Assembly (NCBI GenBank): GCA_965202665.1
Contig: OZ241841.1
Coordinates: 2,240,001-2,304,000, forward strand
Source: Candidatus Spongiisociaceae bacterium
GTDB lineage: Bacteria; Actinomycetota; Acidimicrobiia; Spongiisociales; Spongiisociaceae
Direction of reading: 5' to 3'
Length of the DNA: 64,000 nucleotides
Part shown: one piece after another, positions 1 to 9,829 of the stretch
How positions within the stretch are numbered: position 1 is the stretch's first letter
Layout of the letters: each line of letters starts with the position of its first letter
Notes under the pieces: model-generated
The model's database searches: none
What the model was told of the DNA's origin: nothing
The model's input: only the letters and a program-made list of their open reading frames with translations
Program-made: the position numbers and the translations under genes

Positions 1-183
1 CGCGCTCTACCCGACCGATGAATTCTTGTGCTTTTTGGCGCATTTGCGGGTTTCCTTTGATTGCCGTTGCTGTTTTCCAGGTAGCAGGCTGAGCGGTGGT
101 GGGTAACCGCCCGCCAAACCGGTTTCTCCCCTGTCTGGCGGATATAGGATAATGGCCGGCCTTCGTCAGGCGGGACGGATACG

Positions 184-530
184 ATGGCTGACAGTTTGGC
201 CGGGCTGACCGGTCGGCGGGTTCCGGTGGACGGCGCCGGCGCTCCCGCCGAGGCCCGGGATTTGCAGGCGGGGACGTTGGGGCGCATCGTTTGAGGCGTT
301 GCCGGCCGGGACGTTCTGCTGGAACGGCTCAACACCCGCCCCAGCTGTCGCATCGTGAAAGCCATCCGGGAGCTGGTCAGATCCGAGCAGGCCGGGCCGG
401 CCGCCAAAATCCGGCGGCTCCGCCAGTTGGTAAACAAAGCCGGCTTGCACCCCCCTGAAATCCCCGACCCCCCTGCCGAAAATCACCTGGGACGACATCC
501 ACCTGGTGGCGTGGAGCGCCGTCCAAAGCG
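184..530 (+). pseudogene. Possible decayed C-terminal fragment of an actinobacterial helicase-related protein
   Basis: Frames broken by a stop and a frameshift join to ...AKIRRLRQLVNKAGLHPPEIPDP/LPKITWDDIHLVAWSAV. This resembles from memory the C-terminus of PLD/SNF2-type helicases; weak. Confidence 0.25.
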
Positions 531-619
531 CGGCGGCCCGCTCATAGGCAAACCGGTAGCCGTACAACAACCAACAACAACCCAAACCGTCGCCAACGTC
601 CCGGCCAAGTCCTGGGTGG

Positions 620-1245
620 TACCAGAGTTACGGAGGGGCCCTCCGCCCGGTTCTACCCCGAAACCGCTACCCGCCCGCCCGCCGGGGCGAACCGGAAGAA
701 ACCCGACCGCGGCGGCCTGACAATCCCCGACCAGCCGGGTGGAATAGAACCGGAGGGGTTCGGTCGTCCGTCCTGGGCTAACCCGCCCAGCGTTCGCCCA
801 GTATCCCCCCGGAGGGGCGGAGGAAATAGGGCAGAACCCGCCGGGTTACCGGTTCGTGGTTTCGACCCGTCCGGCCTGTTCGTCCTCCGTCCGGGGTTCT
901 ACCGGGTAGTCCGGGCGGGGCGGAACGGGGTCGGCGGCGGTCGGGTAGTTCGGAACCCGATAGTTCGGGTCGGCGGCGCGCCGGATAATGTCGTGGGGGT
1001 TCGGGAATTTCGCGTCGGTCATCGTATCCTCCGGGTTTCTATCGGTCGGTTCTATTCTATTCCTCCGGTATCCGGGCGCGGAGTTCCCCCGCCGGAGGGG
1101 GCGGTTCGTAATCCGTCATCGTTCCCGCCCTCCGGTACCCGGTCGGCGGTAGCGACGGGGGGCGAGTTTCTGTTCGGCTAGCGGTCGGGTTCGGGTTATC
1201 CGCCGGGGGATAACCGGAGTGGCGGCGGGGGATAATCCGCGCCGA
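620..1245 (-). mobile_element. Phage-like DNA fragment, internally deleted copy of 1945-2745
   Basis: Same CA/TG-poor composition as 1945-3590 and near-identical to parts of it. Confidence 0.55.
706..1068. repeat. 363-bp direct repeat of 1945-2307; similarity resumes 1069-1245 vs about 2575-2745 after a deletion
   Basis: Base-by-base comparison, offset 1239, only a few substitutions. Confidence 0.95.
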
Positions 1246-1940
1246 GGATGCGGGTTCGGAAGTTGCGGAATCCGAAGGCGACGCGTTGATGAGGTTGTTG
1301 GCTGATTCGGTGGGTCCGTTGCTCACTCGGGCGTGATGCCAAGCGACGATCTGGGAATGCCAGGTGTGGAGGGTGCGTCCGAGTTGGTTGAGTTCGGGGG
1401 AGCAGGATTGGTCTTGGAGTTCCGCGGTGAGCAGGCGGGTGTATTGGTCGCCTTCGCCTGGATGGTGGGTTTGGTAGATTCCCCGTACGGTTTCTTTAGC
1501 GTGCCATGCGTCGCGTACTTCCCCGCGGGGTCTCCTGCTTGGAGGAGGCCGGTCAGTTTTTGCTCGCTGCGGGGGTGGAGTCGTTCGCGGGCGAGGGTGA
1601 GGAGTTTGCGTATCCGGTACAGGTCGTCGCCTTTCCTTCCCCGGTGCCCCAATGTTTCTTCTTGCACGCGGCGGCGCACCCGGTCCAGGCACAGGTTGGC
1701 CAGCCGGACGACGTGGAACGGGTCGGCGATCTGAACGGCGTTGGGCAACGCCCGCTGGTAGGCGGCCCGGTAAGCTCCGGACAGATCCAGGGTGGCCCAT
1801 CGTATTTTTCTCCCGCCGCCAGGCCGGCTGCTCCAGCAGCCACCGTACGGCTCCTTTAGCGTCTTATTCCTGAGAAAACGTCGATCAGCCGACGGTTGCG
1901 GATGTCCACCGCCGCGGTTATCCATATCCGCCGTCGCCAA
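1243..1940 (-). pseudogene. ISL3-family transposase, frameshifted internal fragment
   Basis: Motifs WATLDLSGAYRAA, IADPFHVVRLAN, GHRGRKGDDLYRIRKLL and SNGPTESANNLI...VAFGFRNF across 2-3 frames. Confidence 0.92.
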
Positions 1941-2084
1941 CCCTACCGCGGCGGCCTGACAATCCCCGACCAGCCGGGTGGAATAGAACCGGAGGGGTTC
2001 GGTCGTCCGTCCTGGGCTAACCCGCCCAGCGTCCGCCCAGTATCCCCCCGGAGGGGCGGCGGAAATAGGGCAGAACCCGCCGGG

Positions 2085-2261
2085 TTACCGGTTCGTGGTT
2101 TCGACCCGTCCGGCCTGTTCGTCCTCCGTCCGGGGTTCTACCGGGTAGTCCGGGCGGGGCGGAACGGGGTCGGCGGCGGTCGGGTAGTTCGGAACCCGAT
2201 AGTTCGGGTCGGCGGCGCGCCGGATAATGTCGTGGGGGTTCGGGAATTTCGCGTCGGTCAT
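2085..2261 (-). CDS. Small phage-like hypothetical protein (MTDAKFPNPHD..., 58 aa)
   Basis: GGAGG RBS upstream of the ATG; duplicated at 846-1022. Confidence 0.45.
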   Translation of the reverse strand: MTDAKFPNPHDIIRRAADPNYRVPNYPTAADPVPPRPDYPVEPRTEDEQAGRVETTNR

Positions 2262-2295
2262 CGTATCCTCCGGGTTTCTATCGGTCGATTCTATT

Positions 2296-2625
2296 CTATT
2301 CCTCCGGGTCGCCCTCCGCTAGTTTTTCTACCCGATATAGTTCAGCGTCCGCGCGGAGTTCGTAATCCGATTTCCCGGCGATTTCGTCCGCGCGGTCGTG
2401 CAGGCGGGCTAATCCCGACCGGGCTACCCTCCGGGCGTATTCGTCCGGGTCGTTGCCGCCCGGCGTTCGGACGAACCCAGCGAGTTCGTCCTCCGAATAC
2501 GCGGCGAGCGTCGCGCCGAATATTCGTCCGATTTCGTCTGCTACCCGCCGGAGTTCGGCGCGTAACGCCCATTCTATCCGGGCGCGGAGTTCCCCCGCCG
2601 GTGGGGGCGGTTCGTAATCCGTCAT
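2296..2625 (-). CDS. Phage-like hypothetical protein (109 aa)
   Basis: GGAGGG RBS, ATGA overlap with upstream ORF 2622-2840, helical and protein-like composition. Confidence 0.6.
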   Translation of the reverse strand: MTDYEPPPPAGELRARIEWALRAELRRVADEIGRIFGATLAAYSEDELAGFVRTPGGNDPDEYARRVARSGLARLHDRADEIAGKSDYELRADAELYRVEKLAEGDPEE

Positions 2626-3664
2626 CGTTCCCGCCCTCCGATCGGTTCGTCCTCCGTTACCCGGTCGGCGGTAGCGGACGGGAGGCGCGTTATTCGGCTA
2701 GCGGTCCGGTTTGGGTTATCCGTCGGGGGATAACCCGCGCCGAGTTCTATCCGCAGGGTTTCTACCCCCTTCGCCGAGTTCGCCGGTGGCGGTCGCCCGC
2801 CCTCCGCCGTATCGTCCGGCCTGGGTTCGTCCGTGATCATCCGGGTATCCTCCGTTTGTTTCTATACCCCATCCGCGTACGGCCTATTTTATACGCCCGG
2901 CAGAATAACCTCAGTCCTCCACCCCGCCGCCCGCCCGGTCGTTTATCCGACCGGTTCGGGTCGGGCTACGGACATTCGAAAATTCCCGCCCCGCAGTTCG
3001 GGTTTCGGACGCGGCGGTTCGTAGTTCGGCGACAGCTTCCCGTCCAGCGGCGTTAGCCGAACCGGCGGTCGTCCGTAGTTCGGCGTCGGTCATCCTGTTC
3101 GGCGGGTAAAACCTCCGCCCCCGGCGACTGGGGCGGTCGGGACGGCGGGGTTTTACTTGTTTCCTCCGGCGAGCAGTCCGTCCGCGTATCCGTCCGTAAA
3201 GCCCGTCCGGAACCCGATGCGGTAATCGCCCGCAGCCCGATCGCCCTCGATGTCCGGGAATTCTTTGCCGCCCTCCGGCGGTTTGTCTATCCCGCCGCCG
3301 TTCGGGGCGAGTCCTGTTTGGAACCCAGCCGGTAGCCGTCTTAATAACCGGCGTTCCAGTGTTCGTTCGTCCTCCGCCGCGCGGCGGGGGGTTCGTCCTG
3401 TTCCATTCGGTTATTCGTTCGCGACCGGAGTCGTCCGGGCGGGAGTGGTGGTCGCCATCGTTCGTCCTTTCCACCGGGGCTATCCGGTCGGTTCGGCGTC
3501 CTCGGCGGCGGACGGAAGCCGTTGCCGGGTTATCCGCCGTTCGGTTTACATCCCCCGGTCCGGTTGCGTATCCTATGGGTTTCGGACAACTCAGGGCAGT
3601 CGGCAGAGACTTGGGGACCCTGGGTCCGTCATCGTTTCCGACATAGGGGTTCCGCCCCTTGTTT

Positions 3665-4495
3665 TCAGGGGTTGAGGGGGGAGTGCCGCCTCAGCCAGGA
3701 GAGGGTGAAATGGTTCCACTCGTCGGCCATTTCGTGGAAGGCTATGTGGCTGGAGGCGGGGCCGGTGAAAACGTGCATGGTGGAGCCGGGGATGCGCCGT
3801 TGCACCTCCAACCCGTAGCGGGTGGGCACCTGCCAGTCCGCCTCCCCGGAGGTGATCAGGGTCGGAACCTGGATCCGGTGCAGGCGGTCCAGCGCATCGT
3901 GCGTTTTGTCGGCGTGGAAATGCCCCAACATCCCCTGTTTGGTGGGCGGATGGGGATGCTCCAGGATGAACCCCCGCTCGAAAGCCTCCACGTCCTCCGG
4001 CCGTTCGTTGATGAAATGGGGGCTGGCCACCCACAGCAGCGCCGTCCTTATATATTGGGCGAAGTCGTCGTGCAGCACCGGCAACTCGTTGGTTTCGATC
4101 ATCCGGACGAACCATTCATCGGAACGCCCCCAGGTGCAGTGCAACTGCAGGGTGGCGACTTTGCGGGGATGGTTGACGGCCAACTCCTGGGCGGTGGCGC
4201 TCCCCAGCGACAACCCGGAAACGTGCGCCCGTTCCACCCCCAGATGGTCCAGCAGCGCCGCCGCGTCGTCCGCCAAAACCCGCATGGAATAAGACAGGGG
4301 GTCGGCGGGCTGGGAGGACTGGCCGGTCCCCCGGGCGTCGTAGGTGATCACCTGAAACTCCCCCCGGTAGGCCTCCACCTGCCCGGCCCACACGCCGTGG
4401 TCGGCGGCGGTCCCCATAATCAGCAACAGCGGATCCCCCGCTCCGGCCGTCTCGTAGAAAACGTTGATTCCGGTGGACAGGTCGGCGAACGGCAT
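3665..4495 (-). CDS. Alpha/beta hydrolase (PcaD/RutD-like)
   Basis: YDARGTGQS, nucleophile motif GLSLGS, PTLITSGEAD and C-terminal His; GAGGAGG RBS. Confidence 0.9.
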   Translation of the reverse strand: MPFADLSTGINVFYETAGAGDPLLLIMGTAADHGVWAGQVEAYRGEFQVITYDARGTGQSSQPADPLSYSMRVLADDAAALLDHLGVERAHVSGLSLGSATAQELAVNHPRKVATLQLHCTWGRSDEWFVRMIETNELPVLHDDFAQYIRTALLWVASPHFINERPEDVEAFERGFILEHPHPPTKQGMLGHFHADKTHDALDRLHRIQVPTLITSGEADWQVPTRYGLEVQRRIPGSTMHVFTGPASSHIAFHEMADEWNHFTLSWLRRHSPLNP

Positions 4496-4532
4496 AGTTG
4501 TTTCCTCCTCTCAGCGGGTTTCTTTCAGCGGG

Positions 4533-5981
4533 TCACGCGGGCCGGTCGGGTTGGGGATGGGGCGGCCGGGACGAATGGACGGGGGGCGTCCGTTGCGACC
4601 AGTCGGTGGCCGACTCGTAGGCGAACCCGGCCCGCAGCACGGTTTCTTCGGCGAACGGGCGGCCCGCGATCTGCAAGCCGATGGGCAGCCCGGCCCGGTC
4701 GAAGCCGCCGGGGACGCTCAGCGCGGGCAGGCCGGACAGGTTGAAAGGGGCGGTGGTGCGCACATAGGACAAAGTGACCGGCTCCGCCTCGTTTCCGAAA
4801 ACGAACTCTTCCTGTTCCAAACCGGCGGCGGTGGCGGGCAGGGCGGGGGAAAGCAGCACGTCCAGCCGATGTTCCTCGAACGTCCGGCGGATAGCGTCCC
4901 GGATCACCAGCCGGGCTTGCAGGCCTTTCAGGTAATGGGAGCCGGGCATGAGCGTTCCGGCCGTCAACAGCCCCCTGATGCCGGGGTCGATCAGATCCGG
5001 CCTTTCCCGTAACAGCCGCCGGTGGTGGGCGGCCGCTTCCGCGCCGACGATGGCGAATTCGGCGGGCAGGACCGTCTCCAACACCGGGATGTCCGTTTCC
5101 ACCGTTTCCATCCCCAGCCCCCGCAGCGTCTCCACCGCCGCCCAAAAGGCCGTCTCCACATCCTCCTGCATCGGCGCGAACGGCGCACCGGCCAGCACCC
5201 CGGCCCGCATCCCCGCAACACCCCGTTCCAACCCGGCCCGGTAGTCGGGGACCGGCGGGGCGGAGGCGGTGGTCGGGTCGGCCGGGTCGGGGCCGGCCAT
5301 CGCCCCCAGGCTGACCGCGCATCCCCGCACGGTGGCCGCCAGCGGGCCGAAGTGGTCCAGCGACCAGGCCAGCGGTTCCGCCCCCGACCGGGACACCCGC
5401 CCGTAGGTCGGTTTCAAACCGGCCACCCCGCACAACGCGGCCGGGATGCGGATGGACCCGCCGGTGTCGCTGCCCACCGCCATCGGGACCAGGCCGGCCG
5501 CCACCGCCGCCCCCGACCCGCCGCTGGAACCCCCCGGTATCCGGCTGGTATCCCACGGGTTGGCCGCCGGTTGGCTGTACACCCCGCACGCCAACTCGTG
5601 GGCGGTGGTTTTGCCGACGATCACCGCCCCCGCTTCCCGCAGCCGGCGTACGATGAAAGCGTCCGCGGCGCGGGGAGAAGCCGAATAGGCGGGGGAGCCG
5701 CAACGGGTGGGCAGCCCTTTCATATGCACGATGTCTTTCATCCCGATGGGGACGCCGGTGAGCGGCCCGCTCCGCTCTTCCCGCAGGAGGAGGTCGGCGT
5801 CCCGGGCGGCGTCCCGCGCCCCCTCCCGGTCCGTCAAAGCGAACGAACGCAGTTCCCCGTCCAGCCCGTCGATGGCCGCCAGCGCCGCTTCGGTCATTTC
5901 CGCCGCGCTGACCTCCCCCGCCCGCAACCGGGCAACGGCCGAAGGTATGGACAGGGCGGGCGGGACGGGGGCCGTGTTCAT
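4533..5981 (-). CDS. Amidase-signature family enzyme (GatA/AtzE-like)
   Basis: GVPIGMKD, PGGSSGGSGAAVAAG, GSDTGGSIRIPAALCG, GLKPTYGRVS; start taken at MNTAP. Confidence 0.93.
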   Translation of the reverse strand: MNTAPVPPALSIPSAVARLRAGEVSAAEMTEAALAAIDGLDGELRSFALTDREGARDAARDADLLLREERSGPLTGVPIGMKDIVHMKGLPTRCGSPAYSASPRAADAFIVRRLREAGAVIVGKTTAHELACGVYSQPAANPWDTSRIPGGSSGGSGAAVAAGLVPMAVGSDTGGSIRIPAALCGVAGLKPTYGRVSRSGAEPLAWSLDHFGPLAATVRGCAVSLGAMAGPDPADPTTASAPPVPDYRAGLERGVAGMRAGVLAGAPFAPMQEDVETAFWAAVETLRGLGMETVETDIPVLETVLPAEFAIVGAEAAAHHRRLLRERPDLIDPGIRGLLTAGTLMPGSHYLKGLQARLVIRDAIRRTFEEHRLDVLLSPALPATAAGLEQEEFVFGNEAEPVTLSYVRTTAPFNLSGLPALSVPGGFDRAGLPIGLQIAGRPFAEETVLRAGFAYESATDWSQRTPPVHSSRPPHPQPDRPA

Positions 5982-6102
5982 TTTCCGCCCGCCCAAAGGT
6001 TGTTTGCCGTCGTCCTGGGTGAAGGTTGGTGGGGTTCCCGGTTGGTGGGCGGGCGGGGGTCTCCGGTGTGGCCGGGCGGGCGGGGCCGGGGTGGGTTCGG
6101 TT

Positions 6103-6318
6103 TCATTGCCAGGTCGCCTGAAAGTTGGCCGGGTCCCCGGTTCGCAACTCGTGGGCGGCCATGGTGAGCAAATCATCGAGTTGGTCGTCCGCTTCCCGCC
6201 AACTGGCCAGCATTTCCGCCGTTTCCGCCGGGTCGAACTCCGGGCCGCTCAGCCCGTTGCGGGCCAGCAAGACGGCCGCCATCTCCGTCGCCGTGGGCCC
6301 GGCGTTCTCCTCAGTCAT
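6103..6318 (-). CDS. Small acidic protein, possible GatC/AtzG-like amidase partner
   Basis: 71 aa, overlaps the RidA stop and lies directly upstream of the amidase. Confidence 0.55.
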   Translation of the reverse strand: MTEENAGPTATEMAAVLLARNGLSGPEFDPAETAEMLASWREADDQLDDLLTMAAHELRTGDPANFQATWQ

Positions 6319-6703
6319 CGTCAATCACCGCGATCACGTCCACTTCCATTTTCAGACCGGGCAGGCCCAGGGCGGCTACCTGCACGGCGGTGACGGCCGG
6401 GGGCGGACGGCCCGCGAACACTTCTTCCCGGATGGGGATTTCCCGGGCGATTTCCCGGATGTCCTGCATGTAATAGGTGATTTTGACCACCCCGGCGATG
6501 GAACTCCCGGCCGCTTCCAGCACATCGGCGATGTTGCGCCACACCTGCCGGGCTTGTTCTTCCACCGTCTCGCCCGTCACCCGCCCCTCCCGATCCAGGG
6601 AAACCTGCCCGGCCAGGTAAACGGTGTTCCCCGCCCGGATGGCGTAAGAATAAGGTTCGGGCGGCGGACACAGCACCCCGGTTTCTATCGCTTCGATGCC
6701 CAC
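6311..6703 (-). CDS. RidA/YjgF family protein
   Basis: PYSYAIRAGNTVYLAGQV, VVKITYY, PAVTAVQVAAL...EVDVIA. Confidence 0.92.
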   Translation of the reverse strand: MGIEAIETGVLCPPPEPYSYAIRAGNTVYLAGQVSLDREGRVTGETVEEQARQVWRNIADVLEAAGSSIAGVVKITYYMQDIREIAREIPIREEVFAGRPPPAVTAVQVAALGLPGLKMEVDVIAVIDDD

Positions 6704-6779
6704 GGATTACCTTTCGGTCGCGTCTGCCGCCATCATATACAATCAGGCCAGGCTACGACCGGAAAGTCGGGAGGACCGA

Positions 6780-7613
6780 ATGCACATAGCCCGTTTTCTG
6801 AAAGAGGGGAACCCGGAGTGGGGTTTGGCGGACCCGGAGGCGGGCATGGTCCGCCCCATCGCCGGCCCGTCGCCGTTGCGGGAGGCGCTCGGCGACCCCG
6901 GCGCTTTGGCGAGCCTGCGGGAGCGGGCCGGCCGGGAAGTCCCGTTGGCGGAGGTGGAACTGCTGGCACCCATTCCCGACCCGCCCCAGTTCATCGGCAT
7001 CGGCCTCAACTACCGGGAGCACGCCCGGGAGTCGGGGATGGCCGAACCCGCCACCCCGGTCAGTTTCCCGTTTTTCAATTCGGCCATAATCGCCCCCGGC
7101 CAACCGATCGTCCTTCCTCCGTTCACCGACCAGGTGGACTGGGAGGTGGAGTTGGGGGTGGTGATCGGCCGCCCGGCGCGGGACGTCGCCCCCGAGCGGG
7201 CTTTGAGCCACATCGCCGGCTACGTCATCGTCAACGATGTGTCGGCACGCGACATTCAGATGGGGGAAGGTCAGTGGAGCCGGGGCAAATCTTTTGACGC
7301 TTTCAAACCGATGGGGCCTTGGATCGCCACCGCCGACCAGTTGGGGACGGCCGACGACTTGGCCGTCAAACTGTGGGTGAACGGGGAACTGAAGCAGTCT
7401 TCCACCACCGCCGACCTGATATTCGACGTGTCGGCTTTGGTGTCCCACATGTCGCAGTCGCTGACTTTGGGGACGGGGGCGGTTATTTCCACCGGCACCC
7501 CCAGCGGAGTCGGGTTCGCCCGCACGCCCCCCGAATATTTGCGGGCGGGAGACGAGGTGGCGATGGAAATCGAGGGCATAGGGAAGATGTCCAACCCAGT
7601 GACAGCCGGTTGA
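6780..7613 (+). CDS. Fumarylacetoacetate hydrolase family protein
   Basis: IGLNYREHARE, VDWEVELGVVIG, NDVSARDIQ, GKSFD, STGTPSGVG. Confidence 0.95.
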   Translation: MHIARFLKEGNPEWGLADPEAGMVRPIAGPSPLREALGDPGALASLRERAGREVPLAEVELLAPIPDPPQFIGIGLNYREHARESGMAEPATPVSFPFFNSAIIAPGQPIVLPPFTDQVDWEVELGVVIGRPARDVAPERALSHIAGYVIVNDVSARDIQMGEGQWSRGKSFDAFKPMGPWIATADQLGTADDLAVKLWVNGELKQSSTTADLIFDVSALVSHMSQSLTLGTGAVISTGTPSGVGFARTPPEYLRAGDEVAMEIEGIGKMSNPVTAG

Positions 7614-7782
7614 AGTTCCCGCTCCGGGGGACAGGGTTCGTGGTCGCCGAAGCCGGGGTCTTGGTAATTCTGTGGTGACTGGTTGAGGTGTTTGCCCTGG
7701 GGGGCTGATTTACGGCCGCTCAGGCCAGCGGTTCCGATGATCCAGTAGCAACCGGATAAAGTTCCCGCTCTAGGGCATCCGG

Positions 7783-8199
7783 GGAATGGCAAAGCGGGCA
7801 TTTTTGGTTCCAAGGTTCCCAATATTGTTACATATGGTTTTCGCGACCTAAGAAAACTTTTCGCGTTCTGAAAATGGGGGGGGACCCGCCCGCCCCCCGC
7901 CCTCCCACCCATAACGTAATAAGTTTTTTCGGGAAAAACTAGGGGGTTGTTTTCAGAGATTTCTGATCACCCGAACATCTCGCACATTTCCCGCATGCAT
8001 GGGGTGGCGGAGAAGCGGGTTGGTTGGGGCTGTTCTAAGCATCTAAGAAGAGCAGCGGGCGCAACGGCCCGATACGTGCAAATCCACCCGGCGGGCGGTG
8101 AAACCGTGTCCGCTCAGCAGGTGGGTGCGCACCTCCTGCACCAGGCGCCCGGCGTGATGAACCACCTGCTCGCATTCTTCGCACACCAGGTGAAACTGG
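7783..8199. repeat. Copy 1 of an intergenic element plus Fur 3' end; copy 2 at about 8957-9466
   Basis: Direct comparison; 8043-8199 matches 9310-9466 with 6 substitutions. Confidence 0.93.
8043..8199 (-). pseudogene. Duplicated 3' fragment of the Fur-family gene
   Basis: QFHLVCEECEQVVHHAG...LHVSGRCARCSS* with no N-terminus. Confidence 0.9.
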
Positions 8200-8255
8200 G
8201 TATCGGGAGGATGTCCAACCCGGTGGCGGCCGGTTGACCTTCCCGCTCGGGGGGA
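8198..8255 (+). repeat. Diverged duplicate of the FAH gene 3' end (7574-7631)
   Basis: GIGRMSNPVAAG* vs GIGKMSNPVTAG*, followed by a shared TTCCCGCTC.GGGGGA. Confidence 0.85.
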
Positions 8256-8347
8256 GGTCCCTTTAGTAGAAAGAGAGTCCGGACGGCAACAACCCAATCC
8301 CGGCGGTCGCTTTTGGCCCCCAAGCGCCCGGCGTTTCCGCCCTGCCG

Positions 8348-8797
8348 TCATCTGCTTGGGGCCCATTGGTTTCCTCGTAGGATTTCCAAACAGTCTATTG
8401 GATCGTCCCCGGAGGTGGCGATGGCGTTGTTGTCGGAGCACACATATCCGTGGATGTCGAGCCGGAAGTCGTTGGGGATTTGGCTTGTGAACGAGGTTCG
8501 GCAGACGCGCTCCCCCGGGTTGACGCCTATCGGGCGGACTTCTGTTGTCTCCTCCACCCGGTAGAGGGCGTCCACCCCTATTTGTTCCCGCGCGACCTCC
8601 GCGGCTATCTCCCGGCACTCCGGCGGCGGGACAGCGGTGGTAGCGGGGGCGGCGGATGGTTCCACGATCCGGGCGTGCAGGGCGATGGCGAGGTCTCCGA
8701 GGAGCCAGCCGAACCATCCGCCCAGGGCGAGCCATATGACCGCTCCCAAGGCGCGCACGACAGTCGCTGTTGCGCCGGCGCCGGACCGCAAACTCAC
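8348..8797 (-). CDS. Hypothetical membrane-anchored/secreted protein
   Basis: AAGGAGG RBS before GTG at 8797, one hydrophobic segment, four Cys in the extracytoplasmic part. Confidence 0.65.
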   Translation of the reverse strand: MSLRSGAGATATVVRALGAVIWLALGGWFGWLLGDLAIALHARIVEPSAAPATTAVPPPECREIAAEVAREQIGVDALYRVEETTEVRPIGVNPGERVCRTSFTSQIPNDFRLDIHGYVCSDNNAIATSGDDPIDCLEILRGNQWAPSR

Positions 8798-9134
8798 ATC
8801 CCTCCTTCGCCGCCCGGTACCGGCTTCATCACGCCCCTTTCCGTCCGCCGCGGAGCATCGCCAAATAATATTCAAGCCATCCTTCGCCAGGGGGGATCCA
8901 GCCCGCGCGTAAGACTTCTGATATGCGGGCGACTCGGGTGCTGTATCGGCTCCGGGGGATGGCAAAAGCGGGCATTTTGGGTTCTCAAGGTTCCCGATAT
9001 TGTTAGATATGGTTTTCGCGACCTAAGAAAACTTTTCGCGTTCTGAAAATTTGGGGGGCCCGCCCACCCCTAACGTAATAAGTTTTTTCGGGAAAAACTA
9101 GGGGGTTGTTTTCAGAGATTTCTGATCACCCGAA

Positions 9135-9188
9135 CACCTCCCGCATCTCCCGCATCTCCCGCATCTCCCGCATCTCCCGCATCTCCCG
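9135..9188. repeat. 9-bp VNTR, (CATCTCCCG)x5 plus 1 imperfect unit
   Basis: Read directly; only about 2 degenerate units in the paralogous copy near 7976. Confidence 0.95.
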
Positions 9189-9309
9189 CATGCCCGGGGT
9201 GCCGGAGAAGCTGCTCTGACGGGGTTCCCATCGCGGCTGAGGGGGGATCGTATGTTTTCCGCATGCCTGGGTGGGGGAGAAGCGGGTGGGTTGGGGCTGT
9301 TCTAAGCAT

Positions 9310-9807
9310 CTAAGAAGAGCAGCGGGCGCACCGACCCGACACGTGCAAATCCACCCGGCGGGCGGTGAAACCGTGTCCGCTCAGCAGGTGGGAGCGCACA
9401 TCCTCCACCAGGCGCCCGGCGTGATGAACCACCTGCTCGCATTCTTCGCACACCAGGTGAAACTGGTCGTCGGCGTGGGCGGTTTCCCAGCGGGCGGGCT
9501 GGTCCGTCCCCAGGTTCAACTCCCGGGCCAGCCCCAAGTCGGCGAACAGGGACAGCGACCGGTAGACGGAAGACCGGTTCGCCCCCGGGTCGGCGGCGCG
9601 CGCCCGTTCGGTCACCTGTTCGGCGGTGAGATGCTCGGCGGCGGTAAACAGGACCCGCCACACCGTTCGCCGCGGTCCGGTGAGGCGGTGGCCGCTTTCC
9701 CGCAGGACGGCACCCAGAACGTCGTCCATCGCCTGTTCCAATTCCAAGTTGGAATGCGCCGACGGATTGCTCCGGCGGTCGGAGGGGTCCGGTGCGGCGG
9801 GCGTCAT
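9310..9807 (-). CDS. Fur-family metalloregulator (Nur/Zur-like)
   Basis: GHRLTGPRRTV, HLTAEQV, SSVYRSL, HLVCEEC and terminal CARC. Confidence 0.93.
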   Translation of the reverse strand: MTPAAPDPSDRRSNPSAHSNLELEQAMDDVLGAVLRESGHRLTGPRRTVWRVLFTAAEHLTAEQVTERARAADPGANRSSVYRSLSLFADLGLARELNLGTDQPARWETAHADDQFHLVCEECEQVVHHAGRLVEDVRSHLLSGHGFTARRVDLHVSGRCARCSS

Positions 9808-9829
9808 GGAAACAACCTGGATCCTGGGG

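Larger units (their letters stand above)
1945..3590 (-). mobile_element. Decayed prophage-like segment of short co-oriented ORFs
   Basis: String of small minus-strand ORFs, several starting MTD, with GGAGG RBSs and ATGA-type overlaps. Strong CpA/TpG depletion unlike host genes; no hallmark phage gene. Confidence 0.6.

Noticed and set aside
8043-9466. Duplicated Fur segment as a DGR template/variable repeat pair
   Set aside because: Mismatches are not adenine-specific and no reverse transcriptase is present.
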